Of a DNA stretch of 64,000 bases, positions 45,275-58,960 are shown in pieces. The position numbers were made by a program, and so were the translations under genes. The number at the start of each line of letters is the position of its first letter. Position 1 is the stretch's first letter. The stretch lies in NCBI GenBank assembly GCA_964016885.1, contig OZ024742.1:309380001-309444000 (forward strand), read 5' to 3'. This DNA comes from Eledone cirrhosa. Taxonomy: Eukaryota. A model generated the notes under the pieces. The model made no database searches, had not been told where the DNA came from, and worked only from the letters and a program-made list of their open reading frames with translations.

Positions 45275-46185
45275 TTACCAATATATCAAATAACTGTTTC
45301 TACTATTGGCACAAGGCCAGCAATTACCCAATGCATTACTGGTACTTTATTTTATCGACCCCGTAAGGATGAAAGGCAAAGTTAACCTCGGCAGGATTTG
45401 AACTCAGAATGGCAAGGGCCGTAACTCTTTGCGTCAAAGCATGGCGTCCAACCCTCTACTGTTACTGCCAATCTACCGCCTTTTACCAATATATCAAATA
45501 ACATTAGTAAACAATTGTTATCAACACGTATTTGCAATCTTGAATTTATTCTACTCAAAAGACATCAAACTTCTATTTTTATGTTTACTGTATTCTATGC
45601 ATAAGCCCTTGTGGTTAATAAATAAACCATTCTTATCATTGATGCCATTGTTGTTTGGCAGAATTGGTAGAGTGTCGGACCAAATACTTCAAGGCATAGA
45701 ATTACGGCCCTTTACATTCTGATTTCAATTCCTGTCAAGGTTAGCTTTGCCTTTCATCCTTACATGGTCGATAAAATAAAGTACCAGTAAGCACTGGGGT
45801 CAATTTAATCTACTTTCCCCTCCCCTTCAAATTGCTGGCCTTGTGCCTAAAGTAGAAACAATTATTATTATCTACTTTAGATTGGCAGAATCGGTAGAGT
45901 GTCAGACAACATGCTTTGTGGCATATAGTTACACCCCTTTACCTAAAGTAGAAACAACACTATTATCATCATTATTGTTGTTGTTTGACAGAATTATTAG
46001 AGTATCAGACAAAGTGGTTAAAGGTATTTCTACTGGCTCGTTACATTCTGTGTTCACATCCCACCAAGGTCAACTTTGTCTTTCAAAATAAAGTGCCAGT
46101 CCAGTACTGAGAATAATTTAACCGACATTCCTCTCCCACAATATTGCTGGCTTTATGCCTATGTTAGAAACCTTTATTATTATTA
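45275..46185. mobile_element. Cluster of SINE family A copies in opposite orientations
   Basis: Minus copy ~45292-45482 with 20-bp TSD ttaccaatatatcaaataac; plus copies at ~45655-45870, 45880-45960 and 45985-46185. Confidence 0.85.
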
Positions 46186-46305
46186 TTAACAGTGTTATTG
46201 TTCTAGCTTGTTTATTTTCATCTTTACTCTTTACTGTAATTACTGTGTTTCTATTTCAATTATCGTTGTATTGGTCACATGCCTTTTAGTATATGTGTGT
46301 GGAGG

Positions 46306-46365
<60 letters not shown>

Positions 46366-46399
46366 TTGGAAAATGTGTGAAATCTTTGGTACAGCTAGG

Positions 46400-46550
46400 T
46401 ATATTTGAAAAAAGGAAAAGAATGACTTCAATTGTAGTTCTAAACAATTTAATTATATAATATTATACTTTTGCTTTGTGCAAAATGTAATATTATAAAA
46501 TTAAATTTAGAACTACAAGTGAAGTCATTCTTTTCCTTTTGTCAAATATA
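46400..46550. repeat. 151-bp fold-back palindrome between (TA)n tracts
   Basis: tatatttgaaaaaaggaaaagaatgacttcaattgtagttctaaa pairs with tttagaactacaagtgaagtcattcttttccttttgtcaaatata; pairing continues to a small central loop. Confidence 0.9.
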
Positions 46551-46785
46551 TATATATGTGTGTGTGTATGTTGTATATAATTTCTAGTACATTCGTTTAG
46601 TATATACGTGTGTGTGTATGTGTTATATGTTTTCTCTGGAAGTCTATTTTTTATTTTACTGTTTTTGTATTTTATTCTATTCTATTCTATATCCTATTTC
46701 TACATTTATATTGTATTTCATTTTGACTTTTGACCGATATTTTAACCAGTATAGCATTACACCAGTATACCCAACTGATCACCAA

Positions 46786-47192
46786 CCAATCAGACAAACA
46801 CACAAGCCAGGTAGATCTCATCCTCACCAGACATTGGGATAGACACATTCCAATCAGACAAACACACAAGCCAGGTAGATCTCATCCTCACCAGAAGTTG
46901 GGATAGACACATTCCAATCAAACAAACACACAAGCCAGGTATATCTCATCCTCACCAGACATTGGGATAGACACATTCCAATCAGACAAACACACAAGCC
47001 AGGTAGATCTCATCCTCACCAGACATTGGGATAGACACATTCCAATCAGACAAACACACAAGCCAGGTAGATCTCATCCTCACCAGAAGTTGGGATAGAC
47101 ACATTCCAATCAAACAAACACACAAGCCAGGTAGATATTAACCTTACCAGAAGTTGAGATAGACACATTCCAATCAGACAAACACATAAGCC
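46786..47192. repeat. 64-bp minisatellite, about 6.3 units
   Basis: ccaatca recurs at 46786, 46850, 46914, 46978, 47042, 47106 and 47170. Confidence 0.95.
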
Positions 47193-48844
47193 TGTAGGAC
47201 AGTCAGAGACAAGTTAACTTTTAAATATGACAAAGATAAATAATTGTTTCTACTTTATGCACAAGGCCTGCAATTTTGGGAGAAGGGAAAATTGATTAAA
47301 TCGACCACTAGTGTTTTATTTATCGACCCTGTAAGGATGAAAGGCAAAGCTAACTTTGGCAGGATTTGAACACAGAACGTAAAGGGCCGTAACTCTATGT
47401 CGCTAAGCAGGATGTCCAACGCTCTACCAATACTGCCAATCGACTGCCCTTGGATGAAAGGCAAGTCAATCATTAGCAAGAGTTGGATGGGTTGTCACAG
47501 ACAAAGTCAGTACTTAAAACAAGTCCTTGACTTCTCAGACCGATTGACCACCCTCACTTCAACACTGGTTGCATTGTATTGTGGCACCAACATTAGGGAG
47601 GTAATGAAATCTTTGACACAGCACACACACACATCACATATGTGAGATACTATATATCTCTCCAGAAAATTATCTAGTGATTATTACATATATATATATA
47701 TCATGCTATCATGTATCTGTTAGTTTTAGCAGATTCAGATATTTACATACGAACTGCTGCAGCAAAACCTCTTGCACTTGAATGTATACTGTCGTCTAAT
47801 CCAATCTCCTTGTGAATTGTGAAGTAGAAGTCACACCTATTTTCCAAGTAAATTGACTGAATGTAATCTATAGGCTTGAACCACGCCTAGACACAACACC
47901 CACATGTGGGCCCCCATTTGCTCACAATAGTGAGAGATGGGGAGAGTGGGAAAGATGGAAGCAGTGATAGTGGGAGTTTGTGTTCCACATGGTGTGTATA
48001 TGTGTATATAAGAGAGAATGAATCTTTCCCACTACTTTTTTAAATCATTGTGTATGATATTTACTATAACTCAGTGGCATTTCCTACATGAATACAAGGC
48101 ATGAAATACTTTTTTGACGTTGATAACATCCATACATTTCAATATAACGAATATTGTTGGAAAATCACTTCCTTCTATTTTACACAACAAATGTAGCATA
48201 GGTCCAACTCATGACCTTGTGATCAGCAGATCAGAGAGACAGTATAGCTTCTAAGACTTTTATGGAAAGGAAAGGAAAACAGAAAAATAATCAAGACTAA
48301 ACTGTGGTTTATAAAGACCATAGAAACACAAAGATGTTGTTGTTTCGCCCCAGGTCAACTCTAAATGAGTACATCTAGAATATAAGGTATTCCAGCCAAG
48401 ATCATCCTGTCTCTTTTTCAAATGCAGTGTATCTAGGACTACATAATGTTGTGTGCACTGTCTTATTTTTTTAAGATGATAGGGTGAGATTAGAGGGAGA
48501 TTTTACCATATACGTTGCAGAAAAAGCAACCATGTAGCGGTTCCATCGTTGACTCAAGTATTAGAGTGTAGTTTGAAATGGTGCCAAAGTAAATTTCCTT
48601 TTGAAATAATTATATAGAGTTATGTTAAGTTTCCGGTAAACAACGCCTATAACACCAGTCAGCTGACACACATCTTGGTCTATTGCCTTTTTTGTGTTGT
48701 TGTTGTATGTTTTTGTCTCAGATAAAAGAACAATCATCATTGTTTAATGTCGGCTTTCCTTTCTAGCAAGGGTTGGTCAACTGACATAATAATATAGTAC
48801 TAGAATATAGTCAGTTACTAAGTCAATGGATTGCTATTGGATTC

Positions 48845-49275
48845 ATCAACATCATCACCATTTTACATCTATTTTCCATTCTTGCATGGTCTAAACAGAC
48901 TGTTATGTTCTGAGGCTAAACAGGTCAGATGACCACATTTTGCCGTTACATTTTGAGGCTTGGATGCCATTCCTAATGCTAACCACTTTAATTCATGTAC
49001 TGGGAGCATTTTATCTTATTAACAGTATTATTAACTTTACAGAGTGGACTGGGTGTGTTTTATTGTGACAACAGTACTACCACTTTACAGAGTGGACTGG
49101 GTATGTTTTATTGTGGCAACAGTGCTACCACTTTACAGAGTGGACTGAGTGGGTTTTATTGTGACAACAGTACAACAATTTTACAGAGTGGACAGGGTGT
49201 GTTTTATCAAGGCAGCAGTACTACCACTTTACAGAGTAGACTGGGTGTCTTTTATCATGGCAACAGTACTACCCC
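48845..49275 (-). repeat. ~42-bp minisatellite (about 6-7 units) fused to the RTE-type 3' end, reverse orientation
   Basis: Repeating ccactttacagagtggactgggtgtgttttattgtgacaacagtacta. Confidence 0.85.
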
Positions 49276-51122
49276 AATTTGAACAATGAGTATTCAGTTG
49301 TTTGATCAACTGAGCAACCTACTCATTAAATTAATGTGTTAATGGCTGAGTATTCCACAGATACATGTACCCTTAACCTAATCCTCAGGCAGAATCAGCT
49401 TGACACAGTGTGTGATAAGGCTGGGCCTTTAAATTACAGGTACCGTCTATCCAATAGGCTTCAACAGTTTCAATTACCCAATTTTACTCAAGGTCTTTGG
49501 GTGGCCCAAGGCTATGGTGAAAGACACTTGCTGAAGATGCCATGCAGCAAGATTGAAATAAAGACATTGTGATTTGCGAAGTGAATTATTAACTATTCAG
49601 TCATACTGCTTCCACATAGACAAGAGGTGCCTGGAAAGAATCAAACCATGCATCTCTGATTATTTCAATTATTATTTATAGACTGACTATTATTATTATA
49701 GTCATTTGCGTTGGAACAACTACATTTCAAATTTCAAGAAAGTTAATTGTAGCAAGATTTGATTTCAAAATCATGTGATATTTAACTTTATACTTTGCTG
49801 AAAATGTATATTCTTTAATATACACCATGTGTTTCAGGATTCTTAAAGTAGGTACACCATATCCCTGCACGTCATAAGAGGCAACTAAAAAGAAGAGCAT
49901 CTGGCTGTAAAAAACTGTCTCAACATATCCTATCCAACCCATACCAGTATAGATAAGTGGATGAAAAAGTGCTGTTGATGGTCATTCAGTTAACTTTTCC
50001 TTGGGGTCAACAATTATAAATTAGCCAATAATAATTTTTTAATGCAATGTGCAAGCATGGCTGTGTGGTTAAACACCTCACTATATAACTACATGGTTTT
50101 CAGTTCGATCCAAAGACCTATAGTCATTTTTATGACTTCTGTGAATACTGGAATTGCAACAGATTGAATTCAATTAAAGACACCCAAGGACCAGGTGGAG
50201 GTGTTAAACTGGACAACAGATTAAGTCTACTATCCAAGTTGGCTACGACAGGATTTGAACTCAGAACAAAAAAAATAAAATTACAACAAACAAAAACTAC
50301 TCTATTTATCAATCCCAGAAGGGTCGAAGACAAAGTTGACCTCAGCAGGATTTGAACTCAGAAAACAAAGAGTCAGAATATATAATACAGGGCATTTTGT
50401 CCAAGTCTTCTGTCAATTTGTGAGGCAATATTCTACACAACTAATGATTGTAAACAGTTTGAGTGGGTTAGAGGCTGGAGTAAAGTCTGAATAGATGAGG
50501 AGCTGACCACAGAGCTAATGGCTATAAATAGTTTGACCAGGCTAGAGGCCAGTGTAATGTATAAGTATATGAGGGGCTGATATTAGTGTTGTCAACCATA
50601 CACAATACTACAGAGTAGGACTAATACTTTATAGTGAAGGATGTGAGTTACTACTGTGTAAACATTTATTTTTGTTTTTTTTAACAGCTTAGACAGAAGA
50701 GGAAGGACACTGCTCATGACCCATCTCTGGGCCTCCAAGACTGTTTGGAGTAAGATCCTCAGACAGGGGACTGGGTCCAAATCTGGCAAAAGGGTGAACT
50801 CTGCTAAAAAATAAAAAAAACTCCAATGGTAATGAATTAAATCTACCATCCAATAACAGTTACACAGTGTGTGACATGGCTAAACTTTCACACAGTTTCT
50901 GTCTAATTTCACTCACAAGATTTTGATATGCTAAAAACTATGGTATAAAACACTGTATGTGTGTATCTTAATATTTTTTTAAATTATCTAATATCTGTCT
51001 TGACATCCTTCCAGTTTTACAGTAAATGTGCACGAGCATGTATTAGGTATAAACCGAAGTTGTAGCTGCTGTATAGCAGGTACTCGTCGAGTTATATGCA
51101 TATACACCTATAAACATCTATT

Positions 51123-51632
51123 ATTATTAGTTCCAGGGCGGTGGATTGGCAGTATCGTTAGAGGGTCAGATACCATGGTTTGCAGCATGGAGTTACGGGC
51201 CTTTACAATCTGAGTTCAAATCCCGCCGAGGTTAACTTTGCCTTTCATCCTTACAGGGTCGATAAAATAAAGTACCAGTAATGCACTGGGATGATTGCTG
51301 GCCTTGTCCCAAAAGTAGAAACAATTATTAGTTCCAGGGCAAGGGCGGTGGATTGGCAGTATCAGTAGAGTGTCGGACAACATGCTTTGCGGCATAAAAT
51401 TACAGTTCTTTATGTTCTGTGTTCAAATTATGCCGAGGTTAACTTTGCCTTTCATCCTTACGGGGTCGATAAAATAAAGTACCAGTAACGTACTGGGGAT
51501 CAATTTAATCGACTTTCCCCTCCCCAATTGTTGGCCTTGTGCCTAAATCAGAGGGGTCGATAAAATAAAGTACCAGTAATTCACTGGGTAATTGTTGGCC
51601 AAAAGTAGAAACAATTATTAGTTCCAGAGCAA
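51123..51632 (+). mobile_element. Three tandem SINE family A copies with a thrice-repeated target sequence
   Basis: attattagttccag(g/a)gc at ~51123, 51324 and 51614. Confidence 0.85.
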
Positions 51633-51995
51633 TTGCTTGACCTATCTTGTATTAATTCCTCTCACAGGTAAACTACTCACATTTGTGTGCTGTATTTGAT
51701 TGTATCAACTATTCTGTCCCATATCGGTATATAGATATTTCGCCTTGTTTCCCTGTCCAATGAATTGAAAAAACCCTATCTACACCATTGTTTTTTTCTC
51801 TAGTATCCATTGTGCTTTCATCCCAAATAGCTATCTTCCTTTAGATACCATTGATGCACTAGACACCATTGAAGAATAGTCCTGTCTTTTGAAGCAGCCG
51901 AAACTATAATTCCCAGAAGACAGCCGAGGAGTGGAATTATCCATGTGATAGACTTTCCTGAGTTTTCTCTGTTCTCTACATGTCCCACATGTTTC

Positions 51996-52057
<62 letters not shown>

Positions 52058-53285
52058 TACATATGCATATACATGCTAGCATGGAAAAACAGACGAAAAA
52101 ACGATGTTAATGCTGATACACACACACACACACGTGTGTGTGTGTGTGTGTGTGCATCCAGTTTAGAATAGATACACTGTATCCTTACCTGTCGTAAGAA
52201 TTGACAAAAAGGGTTGGCATCAGGAAGGGCATATGGCTGTAAAACATTGCCTCGAAAAGTTCTGTTCAATCCATGCCAGCATGGAAAAGTCGGTGTAAAA
52301 AGGATGCCCATGATGACAACACATATATGTATATATTTGTGTGCGTGTGTGTGTACCCGCACAGCACAATTAACAGTGCACTGGGAACCTTATTATCCGA
52401 TGTGTCCTTTTGCGTGGAGGACTTGGCAGCTTCTCTAGAGATGGTGTACAATAGAATAGACGCACTTTACTTTGTGGAAGGGCATCCAGCCATAGAGACC
52501 CTGCTTAAAAGTGTAAAGATACGTGTAACCCCTGATATACAGAAAGACGAATGGTCAGGGCTGGAAGGGAGTTACAGGTTTGTCCAATCTAAAAATAAGC
52601 AGCCAAATCTCCCTCAAACCACACCGTACCGTGTTAAAAACAATAAAATGTTTGACAATCTAGTCCTTCGTATACAGAAGATTCGATCGTCACAGCCGAA
52701 ACGCTTTTTATCATAGATCTACCTGACCAGGGTTAATCGGAGACCTGAAGATAAAAAAGGTGTTCTGGGCGCAGCCTTTCTCTCCCTGACAAAACGGTAA
52801 AACAATATATAATATACACTCAGTTACTCTGTTTTACACGAAGGACATTGTATTTTGATATTATTTCATATAGTTATTCAGAACAATAAAGCAACAACAA
52901 GTTATTTATCTGCCAGAAGGACAACATAAATGTTACGATACAAGATGATGGCAACATAAAAGTGCATAATGTTAATGAAATCAAACAAATGAAATATTAT
53001 AGTAATTTATCAAGTTAGAAGGATAACATCATATAAGAAGCATACAGCCTCGAGGCTTTCATTCCTGATGCGGAGTTGTTGTTTTTTTTATTAACTTGCT
53101 TTCTTCTTTTTCGTGTTATTCTATTTATTTTCGCTTCCACTTTCGAGGGTAAAGTCTTTTACGAGGATAAATCAATTTAATTGAAAATATACAGACAGAG
53201 AGACAGACAGACACACTATGTATGTTTGTCATTTAGTGTAAAATATAGAACAAAAGCCAATATATAATTAAAGATAGTTACTTAC

Positions 53286-53400
53286 ATGATGTTTATTATA
53301 TAAACATACAAACAGTTGGTTTCTGTTTCAGTGTTGTTTATTTAAGTGGAGACGCCTTCCGACATTAAACATGATTAAATCTTATCTGGAGGTCGCTTAC
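53286..53400 (-). promoter_or_regulatory. Candidate spartin 5' non-coding exon / promoter region
   Basis: Consensus donor GTAAGT (53285-53280) in unique, visibly CpG-richer sequence; the first coding exon has an acceptor that needs an upstream exon. The upstream boundary is a guess. Confidence 0.3.
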
Positions 53401-53618
53401 ATCATTGTCGATATTTTGTTTTTGTTTTATATAAATCAATATTTCTAAGTCAATTCTGACATTGAAAAAAATATATGTATGCTCTCTCTCTCTTTCTTTC
53501 TTTCTCTCTATTTATCTCTCTATCTCTCTATATATATATATATAATATTTATCGAAAGTAAATGTACAAATAACGTCTGTATATTCCATTAATATATTTA
53601 TTACCTATTCTAAATATC

Positions 53619-53687
<69 letters not shown>

Positions 53688-54792
53688 TGTCTGTGTGTGT
53701 TTGAATAAATATATCGATACGCTTTTAAAAGAATAAAAATTAATGTTATCCTCATAAAAGGGAGATTACTCTAAAGTATCTTGTAACATACTGCATACTG
53801 CAGCGTATTCAAAGTTGATTCGTTCATATGTTCGCTTAATCGTTCTGTCATTCTAGAAGCCTTTCAAAAACTCCTTTACGTCGTTTCTTTATTCTGTGTA
53901 GACAGGAACTTAACATAAACGGCATTTCATTTGGATCTACTTAAAGCTACTTTAAATATTCGTTATTCAGAAGGAAAATATTTAATCATTATTTAAACAG
54001 CAAGTGGTTTATAAATGCAAATTTATATTTTTATGTGTCAAATACCAAAGCGATTCTTGTTGCCATGACATTACGACCATCCTTCATTTTAGCAATGCAA
54101 TCGATAAAACAAGGTATAAACACATAGAAGTATGTCAATAGTTACTGAGCATCTCGACAATTGTGGTGACATTCACTATCTGTGACTTGAAATATCAATA
54201 GCAGCATTAAAGCCAATGTTGCATAAATAATATAGTTCATCGAAAGCGACAGAGTAGCACTAGAAAATACAACACCACGACCATACTAAACGTATTTAAA
54301 GTATTTAATTTCGTCCTATTTATGCTCTGGGATCGTATCCCACTAGGGTCAAATTTGCTTTACATACAGTTATAAAAAAATATATATGGACAACAATGGT
54401 TTATAATTTAGGTACAAGGCCAGAAATTTATAGGGAGAGGAAAGTTGATTATATTGACCTACCAGTACGTTGATAGTACACTTTATTTGTTGGACTTCGA
54501 AAGGATGGAGGGAAAAGTTGATTTCGGCGGGATTTGAACTTAGAACGTAAAGAGCCGGAACAAATACAGCGAAGCATTTGTGTGTGTGTGTTGTGGGCGC
54601 AGCATGGCTGAATGATTAAGAAAGGCGCTTTGCAACCATTAAGCCTTTGCTTCGATTCTAATGTATAGCATCTTAGGCTATTGTCATTTATCCCAGGTCT
54701 ACCCGTACCGTGTGAGTAGAACTGGGTAGACGGAAATTGTTTGGAAGCCAGTTGGATGGACTGTACCTGTAATTCAAGGGTCAGCTTTGTCA

Positions 54793-55836
54793 TAATAATA
54801 ATAATAATGAAATTATTGTGTACAGTGCTCAGGTGCACTACAACTCATCAAAGGTGCATGTATAGTACATAGAATAATGTACAAATGTCAGGAAAATAAA
54901 CGGTGTATGAATCATGATATAATAACAATAACAATAATGAAATATTGTGCACAGTGCCCAGGTGCACCACAACCCATCAAAAAAGTGCATGTACAGTACA
55001 TAGGGCAATGCACAATCATCAGTAAAATGAACAGTGCACGAGTCATGATACACACATGTGTGCATGTGTGTGGAAGGGGCACATCAGGTGCAGTTTTGGC
55101 GTATTTCGGGAAGCATGAGTGTCTTAAAGGATGCAGTGTCTCGGCAGCTAACAATTGACGCAGGCAGTTTGTTCCATGCTTCAGCAACTCTGAGCGTGAA
55201 AAAATGTCTGCGAAAGTCATGGGAGCTGTGCTGTTTTCTTATCTTGTAGGCATGTCCACGTGTGTTAGACACATGGAGATCAAAGAGGCGCTCAGGGTTG
55301 CAGTTGGCGAGATGGTTAAAAACTTTGTGGGTATTCACCAAGTCCATTGCCAGACGTCGGAGCCTCAATGAATCCATGCCCAGGGAAGCAAGGCGTTCAT
55401 AGTATGGTAGGTGTCTGATGGAGGGTATGCGCTTGGTTGCACGTCTCTGAACAGTTTCCAGGAGGTCAATGTTCCGAGCAAGATAGGGGTTCCAGACTGA
55501 TGATGCGAATTCCAAGTGTGGTCGCACCATAGCTGTATACAGTTTTAAATAGATGGCTGGAGAGCGGCTAACAAAGGTCTTGCTGAGTGATGCCAAGACA
55601 CCCTCGGCCTTCTTGACAATCTTAGAGACATGCTTTGTCCAACGCAAATCGTTGCTGACAGTAATGCCCAGGTCACGTTCACAAGAGGACTTTTTGATGT
55701 CAGTGTTGTGGAGGGAGTATGTGGACGCTGGATTTTTCCTTCCAAAATGCATGGTGGTACACTTGTCCACAGCCAGCTTCAGTTGCCAGTCTGTGATCCA
55801 TTGCTGCATTGTGTCCAGGTCTGATTGTAGGAAAGA
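54793..55836 (-). mobile_element. 5'-truncated CR1-clade LINE (RT C-terminus, ORF 55809-55084) with doubled 3' end and (ATT)n tail
   Basis: ERDLGI, LYTAMVRPHLEFASSVWNP, LETVQRRATK, YYERL, TRGH, FFTLRVAEAWNKLP; splits a family C SINE-like element. Confidence 0.92.
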
Positions 55837-56149
55837 ACTGTGTCACGCTGAATCACCTTGGGAATTAAGTTAAGGATATATGTTTGTGGAATGATCAGCC
55901 ATTAAATGCACGTTAATTTCGCAAGCAGACTGTTTTGTTAGTCCATCATTCGTTCTAGTATATGTATGTGTTGGTATTCTCTTATATATTCTACGTCCCA
56001 CAAGATACAAGCAACAATTTGGACATTGAGTAACGGGAAAAAAGGAAGATGAAGTTTATATTAAGTGTCTGGGAAAGAGATATAGGGATATTCTCGGGTA
56101 CAAGTTAGTTCACGAACTGTAGTTTTCACCCAGGACGCAACATAGAGGA

Positions 56150-56872
56150 CCAAATATTCAAATTTCGACAGGTCTTCGAGAAATCGTGTGAGTATTGTCA
56201 AGTACTGTATACTTATTTTTTAGACCTCGAAAAGGTATACGGCCATGTTTCATGGGATCAATGCATAGCTTCTTGTGGCCTTGAAGTCCCTATACAAATG
56301 CTCAAATATTTGTGTTCGGGTAAATCGAAACCATTCAAGGAAGCCTGCGCAGTGTACGCTATATGTGAGACGAGTTCCATTGAAATAAATGAAGTTCAAG
56401 TATCTTGGGGCCGTTTTCACATGTGATGGAGGGCAGGTGGCTGAATTAAATACTAGAATACCGGTAGTTGGATCAGTACTCCGCCAGCTTCAACACCCAG
56501 CCATCAGAAAAAGTGGGGTAAGTGTAAAAGCTAAAGCGGCCGAAATCGGTTTCCTTCGAAGGGTCTTTGATAGAATGCGTAGCTCGAAGATCAGAGAGTT
56601 GCTCCGGGTAAAGCCACTACATCTCCGAATTGAGAGATCACAGCTATGATACTATTGGCATGTGGTTAGATACTATGGACATATGATAAGAATGTTTCAG
56701 GAAAGAATCGCTGGAAAACTAGGGGTAGGCCCCGAGCATGTTGGCTGGTCATGCTTGGGGATCCAGCCGGATCAGTTGGAAATGGTTGCTTCTGATAGGA
56801 CCCGCTGGCAGGAGTGTTTGAGGACCCCCCCCCCCCCCGGCTAAGTGGACGAAGAGAAGAAGAAGAAGAACA
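56150..56872 (+). pseudogene. Decayed RTE LINE (second family) with (GAA)n tail
   Basis: DLEKVY, KFKYLG, AAEIGFLRRV, RIERSQL and YYGHMIRM fragments with stops and deletions. Confidence 0.8.
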
Positions 56873-56889
56873 ACAACAACAACAAGATG

Positions 56890-58960
56890 AGGATGGTTAC
56901 AGCAATTCCCATTCTCAATTTCCTGTTTGCTTTTGTTTGTTAATGTTGTCAGTAGTTCATTTTTGCCATGTTTGTGCTGTAGTGTGGAATGGTGGAGAAC
57001 CTTCATCTTCTTTAAGCTGATTTTCAGTTCAAAGAGAATATTATATGTTACAGGGTTGACTCTAGGTGGGCATCGAGAACAGCAGCATCGGCGAAAAGAA
57101 GCTCACAAAGGAACAGTTCTCGCCTCAGAGTGAATAGGCTGCCATCAGTTTGTATCTAATGTAGAAATCACCTCATTATTGAGGTCCTCTGTGGCCCTTA
57201 TGAGCATCATGAAAGTGGTGATGAGGGTTTTCACGAGTATACAGACCTGCTTTACGCCGTTTTCTATTGGGAAGGGTTTTGAGAGTTCGTCAGTATACCT
57301 GATCTGGCTATGCTGATCTTCATGAACAATCTAAGGAGGGTGTCCTAGGCGTTCCATGATCTTCCATAGACCTTTCTTGCTCATAGTATCGAATGCTGAT
57401 AAGGTCTAGTAAACCATATACAGTTCATTCTTTTGTCCTCGCATTTCTCTTGGAACTGTCTGAAGGCAAAGACAATGTTAGTGGTGCCTCTGTTATCTTT
57501 GGATACACATTGATTTTCTGATATGTGTTTTTCTACAGTGATTGTCACTAGTCTATTCAGGAGTACTCATGCGAGGAATTTTCCTAGAATTATTTCCTAA
57601 TGGTTGAAGCAGTCAGATTCTTCCCACTTTGTATTTATAGCTTGAAGTTATCATCTTCAAGATCTGACTGAAGATTTGCCTGGAAGTCAGCTTATCTTTT
57701 AGCAAACTGGATATCCCCAACTAGAAAGGTCTTCTTTGGAGTGCCTTCTTTCTTTTTCTTGAGCTTGACTTGGAGGCTAAGCTTGTAAAAAACAGGACGA
57801 TGGCTCGTAAGGCACTCCGCACAAAGTGTTTATTCTAGTATGTAAAACATCTCAAATGTTTCTCTTGCACACCAAGGTGTACATCCAGGAAAATTGTGTT
57901 GCTGAAAATAGTGCAGTTTCCAACACCATGCTTGCCAAGTACTTCTTTCAAGGTTTCTGAATTGTGGTCGATTCTTGCATTAAAAGCACTAAGGGTGATG
58001 TTGTCATTTGCAGAAGTGCTGCATAAAAAGTTGGCAAATCAGTATTAAACTTCTCATTTTATACTGAAGATTATAAGTTTTTTGTTGGTGTATGGAGTTG
58101 ATGCGATCAGAGTGACACATTGACAGTTTTTCAGGCAGGCATCAATGTATTTCTGCTTATAAAGGTGTCTTTCATTTTGGGGCTAGTCAGACTAATAGAG
58201 AATTTAACAGACATCATGTTCCTAAAGACTTCCTTCCTCTTCAATACAAACTTCATTAAGAGTAGCGATGTCAACATTCATTCTTGAAAGTTCTTGTGCA
58301 ACCAGAATAGAGAGTGATTCTGGGCGAGCACCAAATATTATATCATGGTCCTAATATTCTAACAGGTGAGCTTCAGATTCAGTTTCTGTACACCCTGTGA
58401 GGCAGGTGTGTACCTTTTATTTGTTGTAGTTCGACCACATTTGCGGGTGTCCGTTGACCACAGTTAGCCAATTGTTGGGGTGGGAGATGGAAAGCTTTGA
58501 TTAGGCCACGCTCTGCATGGAGCAAGCTGTGTTGTCCGTAGAGAAGGCTGCTTGGTAGATCAGGGTACTGTTGCCTGAGATCGACACCAGACGACCCTGT
58601 ACTCCTCGACCACTTGTGTGCAAGATAGGAACTGTCTTCCAATGTTATCTATCAGCTACTGTTTTCTCTCCTTTTCAAATGCTCCAGGGTTTAGTGAATT
58701 GTTAGACAGTGATTGTAGACGTAGATGTGTCATTAAGCCTGTGTAATGGATATTTTAGGTGGAGTGTAGTGTGGACAATACTAGTCTCACCCTTTACACC
58801 CAAGGTACATCTGCCATAGTTTTATAACGTAAGACGGTGACAGCAAAGACCTAGGGCCATGGGTATTATATCGGAGTGTCCTTCTCCTCGATGGACGACC
58901 TGAAAAGGCTAACTATCCTCATCTGCCTGGGGTTAGAGCCAAAGTTTCCTTCTCTTAGAC
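56890..58960 (-). pseudogene. Heavily decayed BovB-like RTE LINE with APE and RT remnants
   Basis: Minus-strand fragments NVDIATL, FNARI, LGKHGVG and ENQC...NRGTTNIVF occur in the expected order. Confidence 0.65.

Noticed and set aside
52273-52716. 147-aa ORF
   Set aside because: Runs through repeat tails and (TG)n; no recognisable domain
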